The notes: generated from the sequence alone by a model not told the origin. A stretch of 64,000 bases of DNA from an uncultured Aliarcobacter sp. (GCA_963677435.1 OY781945.1:2016001-2080000), one strand, 5' to 3'. Shown: positions 13,522 through 24,016, numbered from the stretch's first letter. Made by a program: numbers and translations.

Positions 13522-14702
13522 GCCAAAATAAATTATTAATAGATGTAGGAAGTACATATTTTAAAGTTTGTGCAAACAACCAAGTTGAGCAACATTTTAG
13601 AGATTTCAATAAAGATATTTATGATGATTTATTATCAAAATGTTCAGAGACTATCTCAAAATTTAAAAAAGATGAAGTATTTATCTGTTCATCTGCAAAT
13701 GGTGGATTAACAACATTAATTATTGGAATTACAAACTCTTTTTCATTAAAATTTGCAACAAATATTGCTTATAATTCTGGAATTAATATTATTAATACTG
13801 TTTTATACCAAGATATTGAGACATCTTCAATTCCAAGTGATTTAATTGATGTAGTAATTGTTGTTGGTGGAATTAATAGTGTTGATAATGTATTTGACCA
13901 TAAATTATTTAACTATTTAGAAAATCTTAGATTTTCAAATATTGTATTTGCAGGAACAACAAAAGATGCTGAGTTTTTAAGTGATAATATTCAAAATTTA
14001 GTAGTTGTAGAAAATATTATAAACAACAAATTACATGTTGTTGAAGAGCCTTTAAAAAACTATCTAACAAACCTTTATCAAGCTGATATTGAAGGTAAAG
14101 AAGATATAAAACATCTATATGATTTAACTTCAAATCAAATATTTTCAACTCCATATATTGTAAATAAAACATTACCTTATATAGATAGTAAATTTGCAGC
14201 TGTTAATCCATTTATTCTAATAGATATTGGAGGAGCTACAACTGATATTCACTACTCTAAAGATTTATCTATGGATAATATGGTTACAGAGAATGAATAT
14301 GATAGATTAGTTTTTAAAAAACTAGGAGTTTTTAAATCAAAAGAATCTTTAATATTTGCAGCTAAAAACAATGAGTTTGTTTATGAATTATTAGAATATT
14401 TAAAAGTTACAGAAAATATTTTTAATGAAGATTCACCAAAAAGTTTACGAATTTTAATGCAACTAGCAATTTTTTTAGTTTTATACAAAGTTAGTGAAGC
14501 TCATCCTTTATATATAAAATTAAAGTTAAATCTACTAAAATCTATTGTATTAACAGGTGGTATAACAAAAGTATTAAGTTTTGAAGAGGCTGAGGATATT
14601 ATTTCATTTTTTTATAAAAAAATTTTAAATTCAGATATTCATCCATCTATCATCTTAGATTCAAATTACGATATTTGGACACTAGGTATTACACAACAAT
14701 AA
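13518..14702 (+). CDS. glmL: Glutamate mutase reactivation factor GlmL/MutL
   Basis: Actin-like ATPase motifs IDVGSTYFK, CSSANGGL and IDIGGATTDIH. Confidence 0.85.
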   Translation: MSQNKLLIDVGSTYFKVCANNQVEQHFRDFNKDIYDDLLSKCSETISKFKKDEVFICSSANGGLTTLIIGITNSFSLKFATNIAYNSGINIINTVLYQDIETSSIPSDLIDVVIVVGGINSVDNVFDHKLFNYLENLRFSNIVFAGTTKDAEFLSDNIQNLVVVENIINNKLHVVEEPLKNYLTNLYQADIEGKEDIKHLYDLTSNQIFSTPYIVNKTLPYIDSKFAAVNPFILIDIGGATTDIHYSKDLSMDNMVTENEYDRLVFKKLGVFKSKESLIFAAKNNEFVYELLEYLKVTENIFNEDSPKSLRILMQLAIFLVLYKVSEAHPLYIKLKLNLLKSIVLTGGITKVLSFEEAEDIISFFYKKILNSDIHPSIILDSNYDIWTLGITQQ

Positions 14703-14711
14703 AGGGAAAAA

Positions 14712-16283
14712 ATGTCAATAAATTGTATTAGAACATTAATAGAAGATGCAAATGTATCAAACCCAGATAAAACTGCATTGATTTGTGGAAGTGAGAAATT
14801 AACTTATAGTGAACTTTTTACTAAAGTAAATCAAATCGCTTACTATTTAGCTGAACTTGATTTGCCAAAAGGTAGTAGAATTGGTCTTTATTCAAATAAA
14901 AGTATTGACCAAGTTATAGCAATACTTGCAATTTTATCAACTAATTATGTATTAGTTCCTCTAACAAAACTTTTAAAACCTGAACAAGTTGAATATATTA
15001 TTGGTGATTGTGATATTAAATGTATTATTACTGATAGAATTAAAATTGAATCAATTGAAGAGATAAAATTTGATGGACATATAATCTCTTATGAAACTAC
15101 TCATAAAGATTTACCTTCATTTGAAGAAATTTATAAATATTATAACAAACCATATATTTGTGATGTAAATGGACATGATAATGCTGTTATTACTTACTCT
15201 TTTGGGCTTTCTGGAAAACCAAATGGTATTGTTATTTCACATAGAAATCTAATTGATTCTGCGCGTGTTGTATCTCAATATTTACACTTAGAAGAAGATG
15301 ATATTATTTCAGGACTTTTAGTATTTAATCTTGATTATGGATTAAATCAAATCTTTTGTTCACTTTATAAAAGAGCAACTTTAGCTCTACATAGATTTGT
15401 TTTACCAAATGATTTTTTCAATCATATTATTAATGATAAAGTTACAGTTCTTCCCTTGATGCCTATAAATATAACTGAAATGTTTGATGAAGATATGTAT
15501 AAACTTCCAAGTGCTGAGTTATTAAAAAATGTAAGAATTATTACCTCTTCAGGTGGTAATTTAACAGCTAAAATGATGACTGATATAGAAAAATGCTTTT
15601 CAAATGCAAAACTTTTTTCAATGCATGGATTAACAGAGGCATTTAGATCAACTTATTTAAACCCTACTCAATTAAAAATAAGACCCGAGTCAATTGGAAA
15701 AGCAATTCCTGATGTAGAATTATATGTAATTGATGAAAATGGAAATGAATGTCCACCAAGAGTTGTAGGTGAATTAATCCATAGAGGTGGATATATTTAC
15801 AAAGGTTTCTGGAATGCTCCACTTGTAACTGCGCAAAGATTTAAATCTATTGATATTTTAAAAAATGTAATTAATCTTGAAGGTCAACTAAGCGATGAAA
15901 TTGTTGTAAAAACAGGTGATTATGTTTATAAAGATGAAGAAGGATATTTTTATTTTGTTTCAAGACATGATGATATGATTAAAACTAGAGGATTTAGGGT
16001 AAATCCTTTTGAAATAGAATCAGTAGTTGAACAAAAAATCAAAGAAATTGAAAGATGCGCAGTTTTTTCTATAGAAAATAAAGAGATTGAAGAAGAGATT
16101 GTTTTAGTATATTCAGGAAGAAATGAATTAAGTTCTAGTGAAATTTTATTTGAATTAAAAAATCATTTAGCTTCATATATGATTCCTGCAAAAATTATTT
16201 ATAAAAAATCTTTACCTTTAATTCCATCTGATAAAAATAGAATCAATAAAGAAGAACTAAAAAAAGAGCTTATCTCAAAATAA
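14712..16283 (+). CDS. AMP-binding (acyl/aminoacyl-adenylate-forming) enzyme with atypical P-loop
   Basis: GLTEAFRSTYL, GELIHRG and TGD...RHDDMIKTRGFRV motifs. The P-loop reads YSFGLSGKPNG. Confidence 0.85.
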   Translation: MSINCIRTLIEDANVSNPDKTALICGSEKLTYSELFTKVNQIAYYLAELDLPKGSRIGLYSNKSIDQVIAILAILSTNYVLVPLTKLLKPEQVEYIIGDCDIKCIITDRIKIESIEEIKFDGHIISYETTHKDLPSFEEIYKYYNKPYICDVNGHDNAVITYSFGLSGKPNGIVISHRNLIDSARVVSQYLHLEEDDIISGLLVFNLDYGLNQIFCSLYKRATLALHRFVLPNDFFNHIINDKVTVLPLMPINITEMFDEDMYKLPSAELLKNVRIITSSGGNLTAKMMTDIEKCFSNAKLFSMHGLTEAFRSTYLNPTQLKIRPESIGKAIPDVELYVIDENGNECPPRVVGELIHRGGYIYKGFWNAPLVTAQRFKSIDILKNVINLEGQLSDEIVVKTGDYVYKDEEGYFYFVSRHDDMIKTRGFRVNPFEIESVVEQKIKEIERCAVFSIENKEIEEEIVLVYSGRNELSSSEILFELKNHLASYMIPAKIIYKKSLPLIPSDKNRINKEELKKELISK

Positions 16284-16329
16284 AAGAATATAGCCAAAAG
16301 GTTATTTTCTTTTATTTTTTTTAAATTTA

Positions 16330-16343
16330 TTGACATGAGTCAA
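16330..16343. promoter_or_regulatory. FNR/CRP-family-like box upstream of cytochrome c
   Basis: Palindrome TTGAC-ATGA-GTCAA (FNR consensus TTGAT-N4-ATCAA) about 55 bp upstream of the ATG. Confidence 0.55.
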
Positions 16344-16398
16344 TAGAATCTAATCTAATTTTGATTATAATAACATTATAAAATAAAAAGGATTGTCT

Positions 16399-16677
16399 AT
16401 GAAAAAAATTGTTATTGCTGCTTCGTTATTAACTGCATGTGTTGCTTTTGCTGGTTCTTATGATAAATGTGTTGTTTGTCATGGTGCAAATGGAGAAAAA
16501 GCTGCGATGGGAAAATCAAAAATCATCAAAGATTTAACTAAAGCTGACTTTGTTGCTGCATTAAAAGGTTATCAAGATGGAACTTATGGTGGGGCTACTA
16601 AAGGTTTAATGGCGGCACAAGTAAAAGGAATGGATGAAGCTACAATGAATGAGATTGCAGATTTAATCATTAAATAA
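16399..16677 (+). CDS. Cytochrome c553-type monoheme cytochrome
   Basis: Signal peptide, CVVCH heme motif and a distal Met (GLMAAQ). Confidence 0.92.
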   Translation: MKKIVIAASLLTACVAFAGSYDKCVVCHGANGEKAAMGKSKIIKDLTKADFVAALKGYQDGTYGGATKGLMAAQVKGMDEATMNEIADLIIK

Positions 16678-16701
16678 TCCAAATAATAACTAGAGTTATC
16701 T

Positions 16702-17100
16702 CTAGTTATTAAAAATATCACTATTTTTTATCTCTATTAATATATTTTCCAACTCTTCTTTCTCTTTTAAAAGCTGTTCAATCATTTTATCTTTTTGGTT
16801 TTCATTAACATCTGTATTTTTTTGTTCTAATATTTTTCCTAAATAAAATTCAAAAACATTTTTTTCAATAGAATAATCAACTTTTAGACACTCGACTATT
16901 ATTTGAGGTTTGTCACTTCCTAAACCATTTGTAATTAGAAGTTTTGTTATTTGTTTTATCGTATATGTTAATTTATCAGCAATTATTTTTGGCTCAAGAA
17001 GCTCTTTTTTCCAATAATTATTATTCTCTTTTTCTAGAATATTAATTTTTTTTAATAAAATTTTTTCAAATAAATCTTTATTAATTGAAAGTTTATACAT
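16702..17100 (-). CDS. Hypothetical protein
   Basis: 132-aa ORF with RBS GAGG, converging on a hairpin at ~16686-16710. Confidence 0.65.
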   Translation of the reverse strand: MYKLSINKDLFEKILLKKINILEKENNNYWKKELLEPKIIADKLTYTIKQITKLLITNGLGSDKPQIIVECLKVDYSIEKNVFEFYLGKILEQKNTDVNENQKDKMIEQLLKEKEELENILIEIKNSDIFNN

Positions 17101-17227
17101 AATTTTCCTCTAAATAATTTGTTTACTATAACTATAAATTACTAAAAAAAAGGTTCTATAATCTTTAGAATAAAATCTTTACCCATAAAATGGTACAATC
17201 ACAAAAAAATTTATTAATAGGATAAAA

Positions 17228-18502
17228 ATGATTATTAAATATAAACAATTACTACTTCTTTTGGCTTCAATGATGTTATTTACTGCTTGTTCAATAAAAG
17301 AGCCAATTATTCAAGCAAATAATAGTGATATCAATAATTTAGCTAAACAAGCTAATGATGACTTTATGGATCAAAACAAAGCTGCTGCTGATTATTTTAA
17401 TAAATATTTCAAACCTTGGAGTGCATCAAAAGTTTCATACTCTAAACTTGAAGCTATGTGGGGACAATCTTATAAAAACAAAACTGTTTATTTAGAAAAT
17501 CACCGAATTGCCACATCTGAATGGTTTGATAAACAAATAGCTAACTCAAATTTTGATGAATATAATGTTGAGCCTAAAAAAGCAATTATGTTAAAAAATG
17601 CAAATGTAAGAGTTCTTCCTACAAACTCTCCAATGTTTTATGACCCAACAAAACCAGGAGAAGGTTTTCCTTTTGATTATAATCAAAACTCTTTAATTAA
17701 AATCAATACACCAATAATAGTTTCTCACCTTTCAAAAGATAGAGCTTGGGCTTATATGGAATCAAGTGCAGTTGGTGGTTGGGTTGAGATAAATAGTATT
17801 GCTTTTGTTGATGATAAATTCATAAAAGAGTTTAAAAATTCAAATTATTTTATATCAGTAAAAGAAAAATTTCCAATTTATGACCCGATTTTTAGAGAAT
17901 ATGTAAAAGTTGCTACTATTTTCCCAAAAGAAAATGATAAATATATTATTGCAAAAAAAGATGATAATCAAAATGCTCGTATTTCATATATCAATTTAAA
18001 TGCAGATGAAGTTGAAGCAATGCCACTTGTATTTAATACTCAAAATAGAATCAAAATTGCAGAACAATTAATAAATGAACCTTATGGATGGGGTGGATTA
18101 TTAAATAATAGAGATTGTTCAAGTTTTACACAAGATTATTTCGCAACTTTTGGAAAATACTTACATAGAAATTCAAAATCACAAATATCAAATGGAAAAT
18201 ATCTTGATATGTCAAAATTAACAAATGATGAGAAAAAAGAGTTTATTAGAAAAAATGGTGTTCCTTTCTCAACTTTAGTATATTTAAAAGGTCATATTAT
18301 GCTTTATATTGGACTTAAAGATAATGAACCTTTAGTTTTACACGATATGTGGAGTGTGAGATTAAAAGATAGTGATGGAAATAAATATAGACATATTATT
18401 GGAAGAACATCTGTTACAACTTTAGAACCAGGTAAAGGTATGAAAGATTATACAAATGAGAGTAATATTTTAAATAGAGTTTTAGGAATAGTTGTTTTAT
18501 AA
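17228..18502 (+). CDS. SH3-domain NlpC/P60 (C40) peptidoglycan peptidase, lipoprotein
   Basis: Lipobox FTAC, PYGWGG...RDCSSF catalytic Cys and GHIMLY His. Confidence 0.9.
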   Translation: MIIKYKQLLLLLASMMLFTACSIKEPIIQANNSDINNLAKQANDDFMDQNKAAADYFNKYFKPWSASKVSYSKLEAMWGQSYKNKTVYLENHRIATSEWFDKQIANSNFDEYNVEPKKAIMLKNANVRVLPTNSPMFYDPTKPGEGFPFDYNQNSLIKINTPIIVSHLSKDRAWAYMESSAVGGWVEINSIAFVDDKFIKEFKNSNYFISVKEKFPIYDPIFREYVKVATIFPKENDKYIIAKKDDNQNARISYINLNADEVEAMPLVFNTQNRIKIAEQLINEPYGWGGLLNNRDCSSFTQDYFATFGKYLHRNSKSQISNGKYLDMSKLTNDEKKEFIRKNGVPFSTLVYLKGHIMLYIGLKDNEPLVLHDMWSVRLKDSDGNKYRHIIGRTSVTTLEPGKGMKDYTNESNILNRVLGIVVL

Positions 18503-18535
18503 GCTTTAGAGTTTTAAAAACTCTAAAGCTTATAA
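18497..18535. terminator. Bidirectional terminator between convergent genes
   Basis: TTATAAGCTTTAGAGTTTT-A-AAAACTCTAAAGCTTATAA perfect inverted repeat. Confidence 0.7.
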
Positions 18536-21500
18536 CTAATCAATAGCTTTTCTTAAATATATAATTCTATAAACCATTGGTACAAAGTATAGATTTAAAA
18601 CCGTAGCCCATAAAATTCCGAAACCTAAAGAAACAGCCATTGGCTGAAGAATTAAAGCCTGTCCTGAAGCAAAAAATATCAAGGTAAAAAGTCCTAAAAT
18701 TGTAGTTATCGAAGTTAACAAGATAGGTCTTAGTCTCATTTTTGCATATTCTAGTAACTCTTTTATATTTTTTGCTTTTTTAATAAAATCCATCATAATA
18801 ATTCCATCATTTACAATAACACCTGCAAGACCAATCATTCCAATTAAACTTGGCATGGAAATATTGATTCCCATAATGATATGGCCTATTAAAACGCCCA
18901 GAATTGACAAAGGAATAGTACTTAGAATAATCAAAGGCATTACAATAGAATCAAACATCCAAATAAGTGCCATAAATATTAAAACTATTGCAATTAATGC
19001 TGCTTGTCCCATTTCCCTTTGAACTTTTTCATTCTCTTTTTGTTCACCTTTTATATCAAGAGTTACTTTTTTTCTTAATTGTATAATCTCATCATCTATT
19101 TTTTCAAATAATTCTGTTGAAGTTATTTTATTTAAAGAGGCTGTTACACTTACAATTTGTTCATTATTTTCTTTAAAAATCTGAGAATATGATGGGCTTT
19201 GTATAAACTCTACAACATCTTTTAGCAATACCTTTTGATTAGATGGTGTTGTTATAGAAAAAGTATCTAAACTATCTATCACATCTTTGTGAGCACTTTC
19301 AAAAATAACATCAACAATTCCCTTATCATCAAACATTTTTGAATAAGTTCCTTTTAGATAAAAAGGTCTTAATTGATTTAAAATTGTCTCTTCAGAAACT
19401 CCCAAACTATTTCCATAAGAGTTAACTTTAAACTTTAATTCATAATTTCCAATTATTAAATCATCTGCTATATTTGATACACCTTGCACTTTTGAAAGAG
19501 TATTTTTTAACTCTTTTACTGCATTTATAATCTCTTCTTTTTTACCTGAAATTGCAATTTCCACATCATTTTTTACAATTCCAGCTTGGGGAACAAATAC
19601 TTTTAAATCTTCAAATTTATTGGATTTTATATCTGCATCTAAAAGTTTTTTTAACTCTTCTTCTATTTGCTGTGCGCTTGCAGTTCTAATCATATTTGAA
19701 TCGTCATATTTGGGAGATAAATATGGATTTATATATTTATCAAATATATTATCAGCTGCTCTTTCATTTAAATTTACAAAAATATGGAAATAAAATTCCT
19801 CATAATGAGGTTGATTTTGTCCATCAAGTTTCATTCCAGTTACAGAACTAATTGAACTTATACTATTTTTAAAATCCAAAGAATTTAACATCTTCTTTTC
19901 AAGATTTAAAACTAAGGCTTCTGTTTGTTCTATTTTTTTACCAACACCAACTGATCCTGTTATATAGATTTGTGTTGAATCAAAAGATGGCATAAATTTA
20001 AATTTTTGCGTTTTAAATATCATCACAGAAAAAACAGCAATAAGTCCTATCATTAAAAATATTGTAAAATATTTTCCTTTTAATAAAAAAGCTAAAATAT
20101 TTCCATAAAGATTATAATTAAACTCCCAAACTTTATGGGATTTTCTCTCAGCTTTATTTACTCGTAAAATCTCTTTTGCATGTAAAGGTAAAAAGAAAAA
20201 GGCTTCAAATAGGGAACTAAGAAGTAAAATACTTATCATTATTGGAAGTATTTGCATAAATTTTCCAACTTCACCAGTCATTAACAGTATTGGTAAAAAA
20301 GCAAATATTGTCGTTGCAGTTGCAGTTAAAACAGCAGGATACATCTCAATAGCACCGTCCCTTGCTGCTGTAAATCTATCTTTCCCCATTTCTAGGTGTC
20401 TGTAGATATTTTCACCCACAACAATAGCTTCATCAACTAACATTCCTAAAGCAATCAAAGCCCCTAAAAGTGAGAGCATATTTAAACTATATCCTAAATA
20501 TTCAGCACTAATAAGTCCAATCATAAAAGATGTAGGAATTCCAATAGCAACAACAATCGCAATTCTTAAATTTATGAAAAAATATAAAGCAATAAAAAGT
20601 AAAGTAAGCCCAAATAATATATTTGAAACAACTGTATTTAGTCTATTTTTAATCCAAATAGAAGTATCAATATAAGTATCAAATTTTAGATTTGTATATT
20701 TTGCTTCAAACTCTTTTGTGACTTGTTTTATTTGTTTAACAAGCTCAATAGCATCACCTTGTAAACCTTTATTTATTCCAACTGCAATATTTGTATTCCC
20801 ATTAAAGTGAGAGATATTTGATACATCTCCTAAAGTATATTTTACATTTGCTACATCTTTTAGATATATGGTTTTACCATCTATTTTTATCATAGTATTT
20901 CTGATTTTTTCTATATCTTTTTCACCATTAAAAGTAGAAAGATAATAGTGTCTTGAAGTATCTTTTATCATTCCAATTGGAAAAATAGAACTTAAATTTG
21001 AAATAGCATTAATAACAGAGATTTTAGTTAAACCATAAGCATTTATTTTTTCATCATCAAAACTCATTAATAACTCTTTATCACTTTCACCCAAAACTGA
21101 AACTTGTGATAAATCTTTTAATTGCATTACTTTTGATTTTACTTCTTTAGCAATATCAATTAAATACTCTTTTGAATCATTATTTTTAGAATAAACAGCA
21201 ACTGTAATCAAAGGAAAAGCATGTTCAACAGCTTTTACAGTTGGTTCATCCATATCAGAGGGAAGATTTGTTTTGATTTTTGTAATAATATCTTTTACAT
21301 CATCTAAAATATCTTTTGCTTTATAACCATCTTTTAAATCCACATTTATTGAAAAACTACCATTTTTTATTGTTGAAGAAATTTTATCTGCACTACTTAA
21401 ACCAAGAAGTTCATCTTCAATATCTGAAACAGCGATTTTATCAAGTAACTCAGAACTAGCTCCACTATAATGGCCATTTATTACAACAGCATCTAAAGCA

Positions 21501-21625
21501 GAAGGAGGGAAAATTTCTTTTGGTATTTTAAAATAAGAGAAAAAAGCGAGTAAACAAATAAAAAATAGAATGAAATGATTTAAAAGAGGTTTTCTTAATG
21601 AAAATTCAATAAGATTTTTTATCAT
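18536..21625 (-). CDS. RND (AcrB/AcrD/AcrF family) transporter permease
   Basis: 1029 aa with two periplasmic loops, GMLVDEAIVVGENI and RLRPILLTSITT. Confidence 0.93.
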   Translation of the reverse strand: MIKNLIEFSLRKPLLNHFILFFICLLAFFSYFKIPKEIFPPSALDAVVINGHYSGASSELLDKIAVSDIEDELLGLSSADKISSTIKNGSFSINVDLKDGYKAKDILDDVKDIITKIKTNLPSDMDEPTVKAVEHAFPLITVAVYSKNNDSKEYLIDIAKEVKSKVMQLKDLSQVSVLGESDKELLMSFDDEKINAYGLTKISVINAISNLSSIFPIGMIKDTSRHYYLSTFNGEKDIEKIRNTMIKIDGKTIYLKDVANVKYTLGDVSNISHFNGNTNIAVGINKGLQGDAIELVKQIKQVTKEFEAKYTNLKFDTYIDTSIWIKNRLNTVVSNILFGLTLLFIALYFFINLRIAIVVAIGIPTSFMIGLISAEYLGYSLNMLSLLGALIALGMLVDEAIVVGENIYRHLEMGKDRFTAARDGAIEMYPAVLTATATTIFAFLPILLMTGEVGKFMQILPIMISILLLSSLFEAFFFLPLHAKEILRVNKAERKSHKVWEFNYNLYGNILAFLLKGKYFTIFLMIGLIAVFSVMIFKTQKFKFMPSFDSTQIYITGSVGVGKKIEQTEALVLNLEKKMLNSLDFKNSISSISSVTGMKLDGQNQPHYEEFYFHIFVNLNERAADNIFDKYINPYLSPKYDDSNMIRTASAQQIEEELKKLLDADIKSNKFEDLKVFVPQAGIVKNDVEIAISGKKEEIINAVKELKNTLSKVQGVSNIADDLIIGNYELKFKVNSYGNSLGVSEETILNQLRPFYLKGTYSKMFDDKGIVDVIFESAHKDVIDSLDTFSITTPSNQKVLLKDVVEFIQSPSYSQIFKENNEQIVSVTASLNKITSTELFEKIDDEIIQLRKKVTLDIKGEQKENEKVQREMGQAALIAIVLIFMALIWMFDSIVMPLIILSTIPLSILGVLIGHIIMGINISMPSLIGMIGLAGVIVNDGIIMMDFIKKAKNIKELLEYAKMRLRPILLTSITTILGLFTLIFFASGQALILQPMAVSLGFGILWATVLNLYFVPMVYRIIYLRKAID

Positions 21626-21876
21626 TTCTTCTGATCCAATGGATTAAATAACAAAGAGTCAATAATCTGATTTTTGAACTTCATATCTTCTAGTTGTTGA
21701 GATAAAAAAGTATTTTCTTCTTGTAAAGATATATAGTGCGCATATAATTTATTTATATCTTTACTTGTGTAATAAATATTATTTCTTAAATATATCTTTG
21801 GAAAATATAAAAATAACGCAATAAATAATAGTGTAAAAACCATTATTAATGAATTACGAGAATTTAACTTAGTCAA
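21622..21876 (-). CDS. FtsL-like small bitopic coiled-coil protein
   Basis: Single TM followed by a coiled coil, directly downstream of rsmH. Confidence 0.6.
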   Translation of the reverse strand: MTKLNSRNSLIMVFTLLFIALFLYFPKIYLRNNIYYTSKDINKLYAHYISLQEENTFLSQQLEDMKFKNQIIDSLLFNPLDQKK

Positions 21877-22771
21877 ATTTGAAAATCCTTAGTTTAGAAC
21901 TTCTACTTCTTGGATTTTGTTTAATCTCAAGTGCAGTTGGAATTATAGGTTTTTTTGTGATAATTTTACCTAAAGCGTGATTATTTCCACATTCACACCT
22001 AAAAATACCCTCTGGACAGATACATGATTTTGTCCATTTTTTAAAGTAATTCTTAACGATTCTATCTTCTAAAGAGTGAAAAGAGATGATAGCTACTATA
22101 CAATTTTTAAATTTTGCTTTTTCTAATGAATCAAAAAGTCGCTCTAAAACTCCTAATTCATCATTTACTTCAATTCTAATTCCTTGAAAAGGTAAAGTTG
22201 CTGGATGAATTTTCCCTTTTGACATTTTTTTGCTTAAAAGTTCTGAAATCTCTTTTGCACTTGTAAATGGTCTATTATTTACAATTAATGAAGCAACTTT
22301 TTTATATTCTCTCACTTCTCCACATTCCTTGAAAACTCTTTCAAGTTCACTTGTAGAATAAGTATTTACAACCGTTGCTGCATCTAAAGCTTGATTTTGA
22401 TTCATTCTCATATCTAAGGTAAGACTATCAAATCCAAAACCACGCTCTAATTTATCAAGTTGTAAAGAAGATACTCCAATATCAGCTAAAACACCTCTTA
22501 TTTCATAATCTTTAAAAGTATCAATAACATGTTCAAAATTACCTTTATTGAAAATCACCCTATTTTCAAAAGGAGCTAATCTATTTTTACTAAATTCTAA
22601 AGCTTCATCATCTTGATCATTACAAATTAATTTTACGTTTTGGTTTGAAGCTAATAATCCACTACTATGACCTGCAAATCCAGTTGTACAATCTATTATA
22701 TACCCATTATCTATATTTACGAAAGCTTCTAATGTTTCATTATATAAAACAGGTATGTGTGGAATATTCAT
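21869..22771 (-). CDS. rsmH: 16S rRNA m4C1402 methyltransferase
   Basis: HIPVL, DIGVSSLQLD, ISFHSLEDRIVK and NPRSRSSKLR motifs. Confidence 0.97.
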   Translation of the reverse strand: MNIPHIPVLYNETLEAFVNIDNGYIIDCTTGFAGHSSGLLASNQNVKLICNDQDDEALEFSKNRLAPFENRVIFNKGNFEHVIDTFKDYEIRGVLADIGVSSLQLDKLERGFGFDSLTLDMRMNQNQALDAATVVNTYSTSELERVFKECGEVREYKKVASLIVNNRPFTSAKEISELLSKKMSKGKIHPATLPFQGIRIEVNDELGVLERLFDSLEKAKFKNCIVAIISFHSLEDRIVKNYFKKWTKSCICPEGIFRCECGNNHALGKIITKKPIIPTALEIKQNPRSRSSKLRIFKFD

Positions 22772-22831
22772 TAAAACGGTCCTTATTTAAATTGCAGTAT
22801 AATATCTAAAAATATATTCAAGGCTTTTAAA

Positions 22832-23410
22832 ATGATTGATAAAGATGTCGTAAAGTTACTTTCAGATTTATCCCTAACAATGTTTAGTAAAAACTTTTTT
22901 GGTATTTATCATGGTGCAATCTCTGCAAAGTTAGATCAATACAATTTTACAATAAATACAAGTGATGCAATTTTTGATAAAATGGATGAAAAATCACTTT
23001 GTACTTTAAATATAAATAAGCAAGATTATAGATGGAATATTGCAAGTATAGAGTCTCACATTCACGCCACAATATATGCAAATATCCATGAAGCCAAATA
23101 TATAGCTTTTGGAATGCCAATTTATACAACAGCATACACTTTTGAACATGATAAAGTAATTTTTGAAGATTTTTTTGGAAAAACAACTTTTGGAGAAATT
23201 TTAATATACGATCCAGGTGATTTTTCAACTTGGTATAAAAGAAATGCTTTAGAAATTACAAAATACTTAAAAGAATCTAAAAATAATCTAATGATTATAA
23301 AAGGAATTGGAACTTATGTTTACGATAGAGATGTAAATTCCCTTGTAAAAAAAATGGCCATTTTAGAAAATTCTTGTCGACTTTTGAGTATAAAAACCTC
23401 TTTTGAATGA
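22832..23410 (+). CDS. Class II aldolase/adducin-family protein
   Basis: HGAISAK and ASIESHIHATIY motifs. Confidence 0.75.
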   Translation: MIDKDVVKLLSDLSLTMFSKNFFGIYHGAISAKLDQYNFTINTSDAIFDKMDEKSLCTLNINKQDYRWNIASIESHIHATIYANIHEAKYIAFGMPIYTTAYTFEHDKVIFEDFFGKTTFGEILIYDPGDFSTWYKRNALEITKYLKESKNNLMIIKGIGTYVYDRDVNSLVKKMAILENSCRLLSIKTSFE

Positions 23411-23531
23411 AAAAATATCAATTTTGATTATTTTTTTACTAAAATATTAAAGAAGTCCCCAAGTTTTAGCTATTTCAAAGCTTAAATACTATAAAGTTTT
23501 CCCAATTTAATTTTATACAAGGAGTTCATCC

Positions 23532-23810
23532 ATGAACAAAGCAGAATTTATTGACGCAGTAGCTGCAAAAGCTGGTTTATCTAAAAAAGATGCAAAAGGT
23601 GCAGTTGATGCTGTATTAGATACGATTACAGAATCATTAGTAAAAAATGAATCTGTAAGCTTTATTGGATTCGGAACATTCGCAACTGCTGCAAGAGCTG
23701 CGAGAACAGCTAAAGTTCCAGGAACTGACAAAACTGTTGATGTTGCAGCTACTACTGTTGCTAAATTTAAAGTTGGTAAAGCTTTAAAAGAAGCTGTAGC
23801 AGGTAAATAA
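23532..23810 (+). CDS. hup: DNA-binding protein HU
   Basis: MNKAEFIDAVA, GFGTF and FKVGKALKEAV motifs. Confidence 0.96.
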   Translation: MNKAEFIDAVAAKAGLSKKDAKGAVDAVLDTITESLVKNESVSFIGFGTFATAARAARTAKVPGTDKTVDVAATTVAKFKVGKALKEAVAGK

Positions 23811-23823
23811 TCTCCTCTCTTCT

Positions 23824-23858
23824 AAAAAGGAATTCATTAATAATGAATTCCTTTTTTT
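23824..23858 (+). terminator. Rho-independent terminator after hup
   Basis: AAAAAGGAATTCATT-AAT-AATGAATTCCTTTTTTT. Confidence 0.8.
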
Positions 23859-23870
23859 GTTTTATATAAT

Positions 23871-23910
23871 GCCGCTATGGTGAAATGGTAGACACAAGGG
23901 ATTCAAAATC
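23871..23910 (+). pseudogene. 5' half of host tRNA-Leu(CAA), interrupted by the island
   Basis: GCCGCTA acceptor, D-arm GTGAAATGGTAGACAC and AGGGA-TTCAAAA-TC, followed by non-tRNA sequence. Confidence 0.9.
23900..23910 (+). repeat. attL core (11 bp)
   Basis: GATTCAAAATC, identical to 46338-46348 and dyad-symmetric (GATT-CAA-AATC) around the anticodon. Confidence 0.9.
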
Positions 23911-23924
23911 TATCGTGCAAATGG

Positions 23925-23980
23925 TTTAAAAGCCCTAAAATAAGGCTTTTTTAGATGTTGGGTACATAAAAAAGGTACAC
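23925..23980. repeat. Left att-arm motifs
   Basis: TTTAAAAGCCCTAAAATAAGGCTTT matches 46271-46295 at 23/25 positions. Tandem GGTACA at 23961 and 23974. Confidence 0.65.
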
Positions 23981-24016
23981 AACTTATATAAAATTTACTG
24001 TTAAAACAACAAAAAT

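Noticed and set aside
18536..21625. RND permease without adjacent MFP/TolC as a novel system
   Set aside because: Orphan RND genes are common and partners can be encoded elsewhere. Nothing else unusual was seen.
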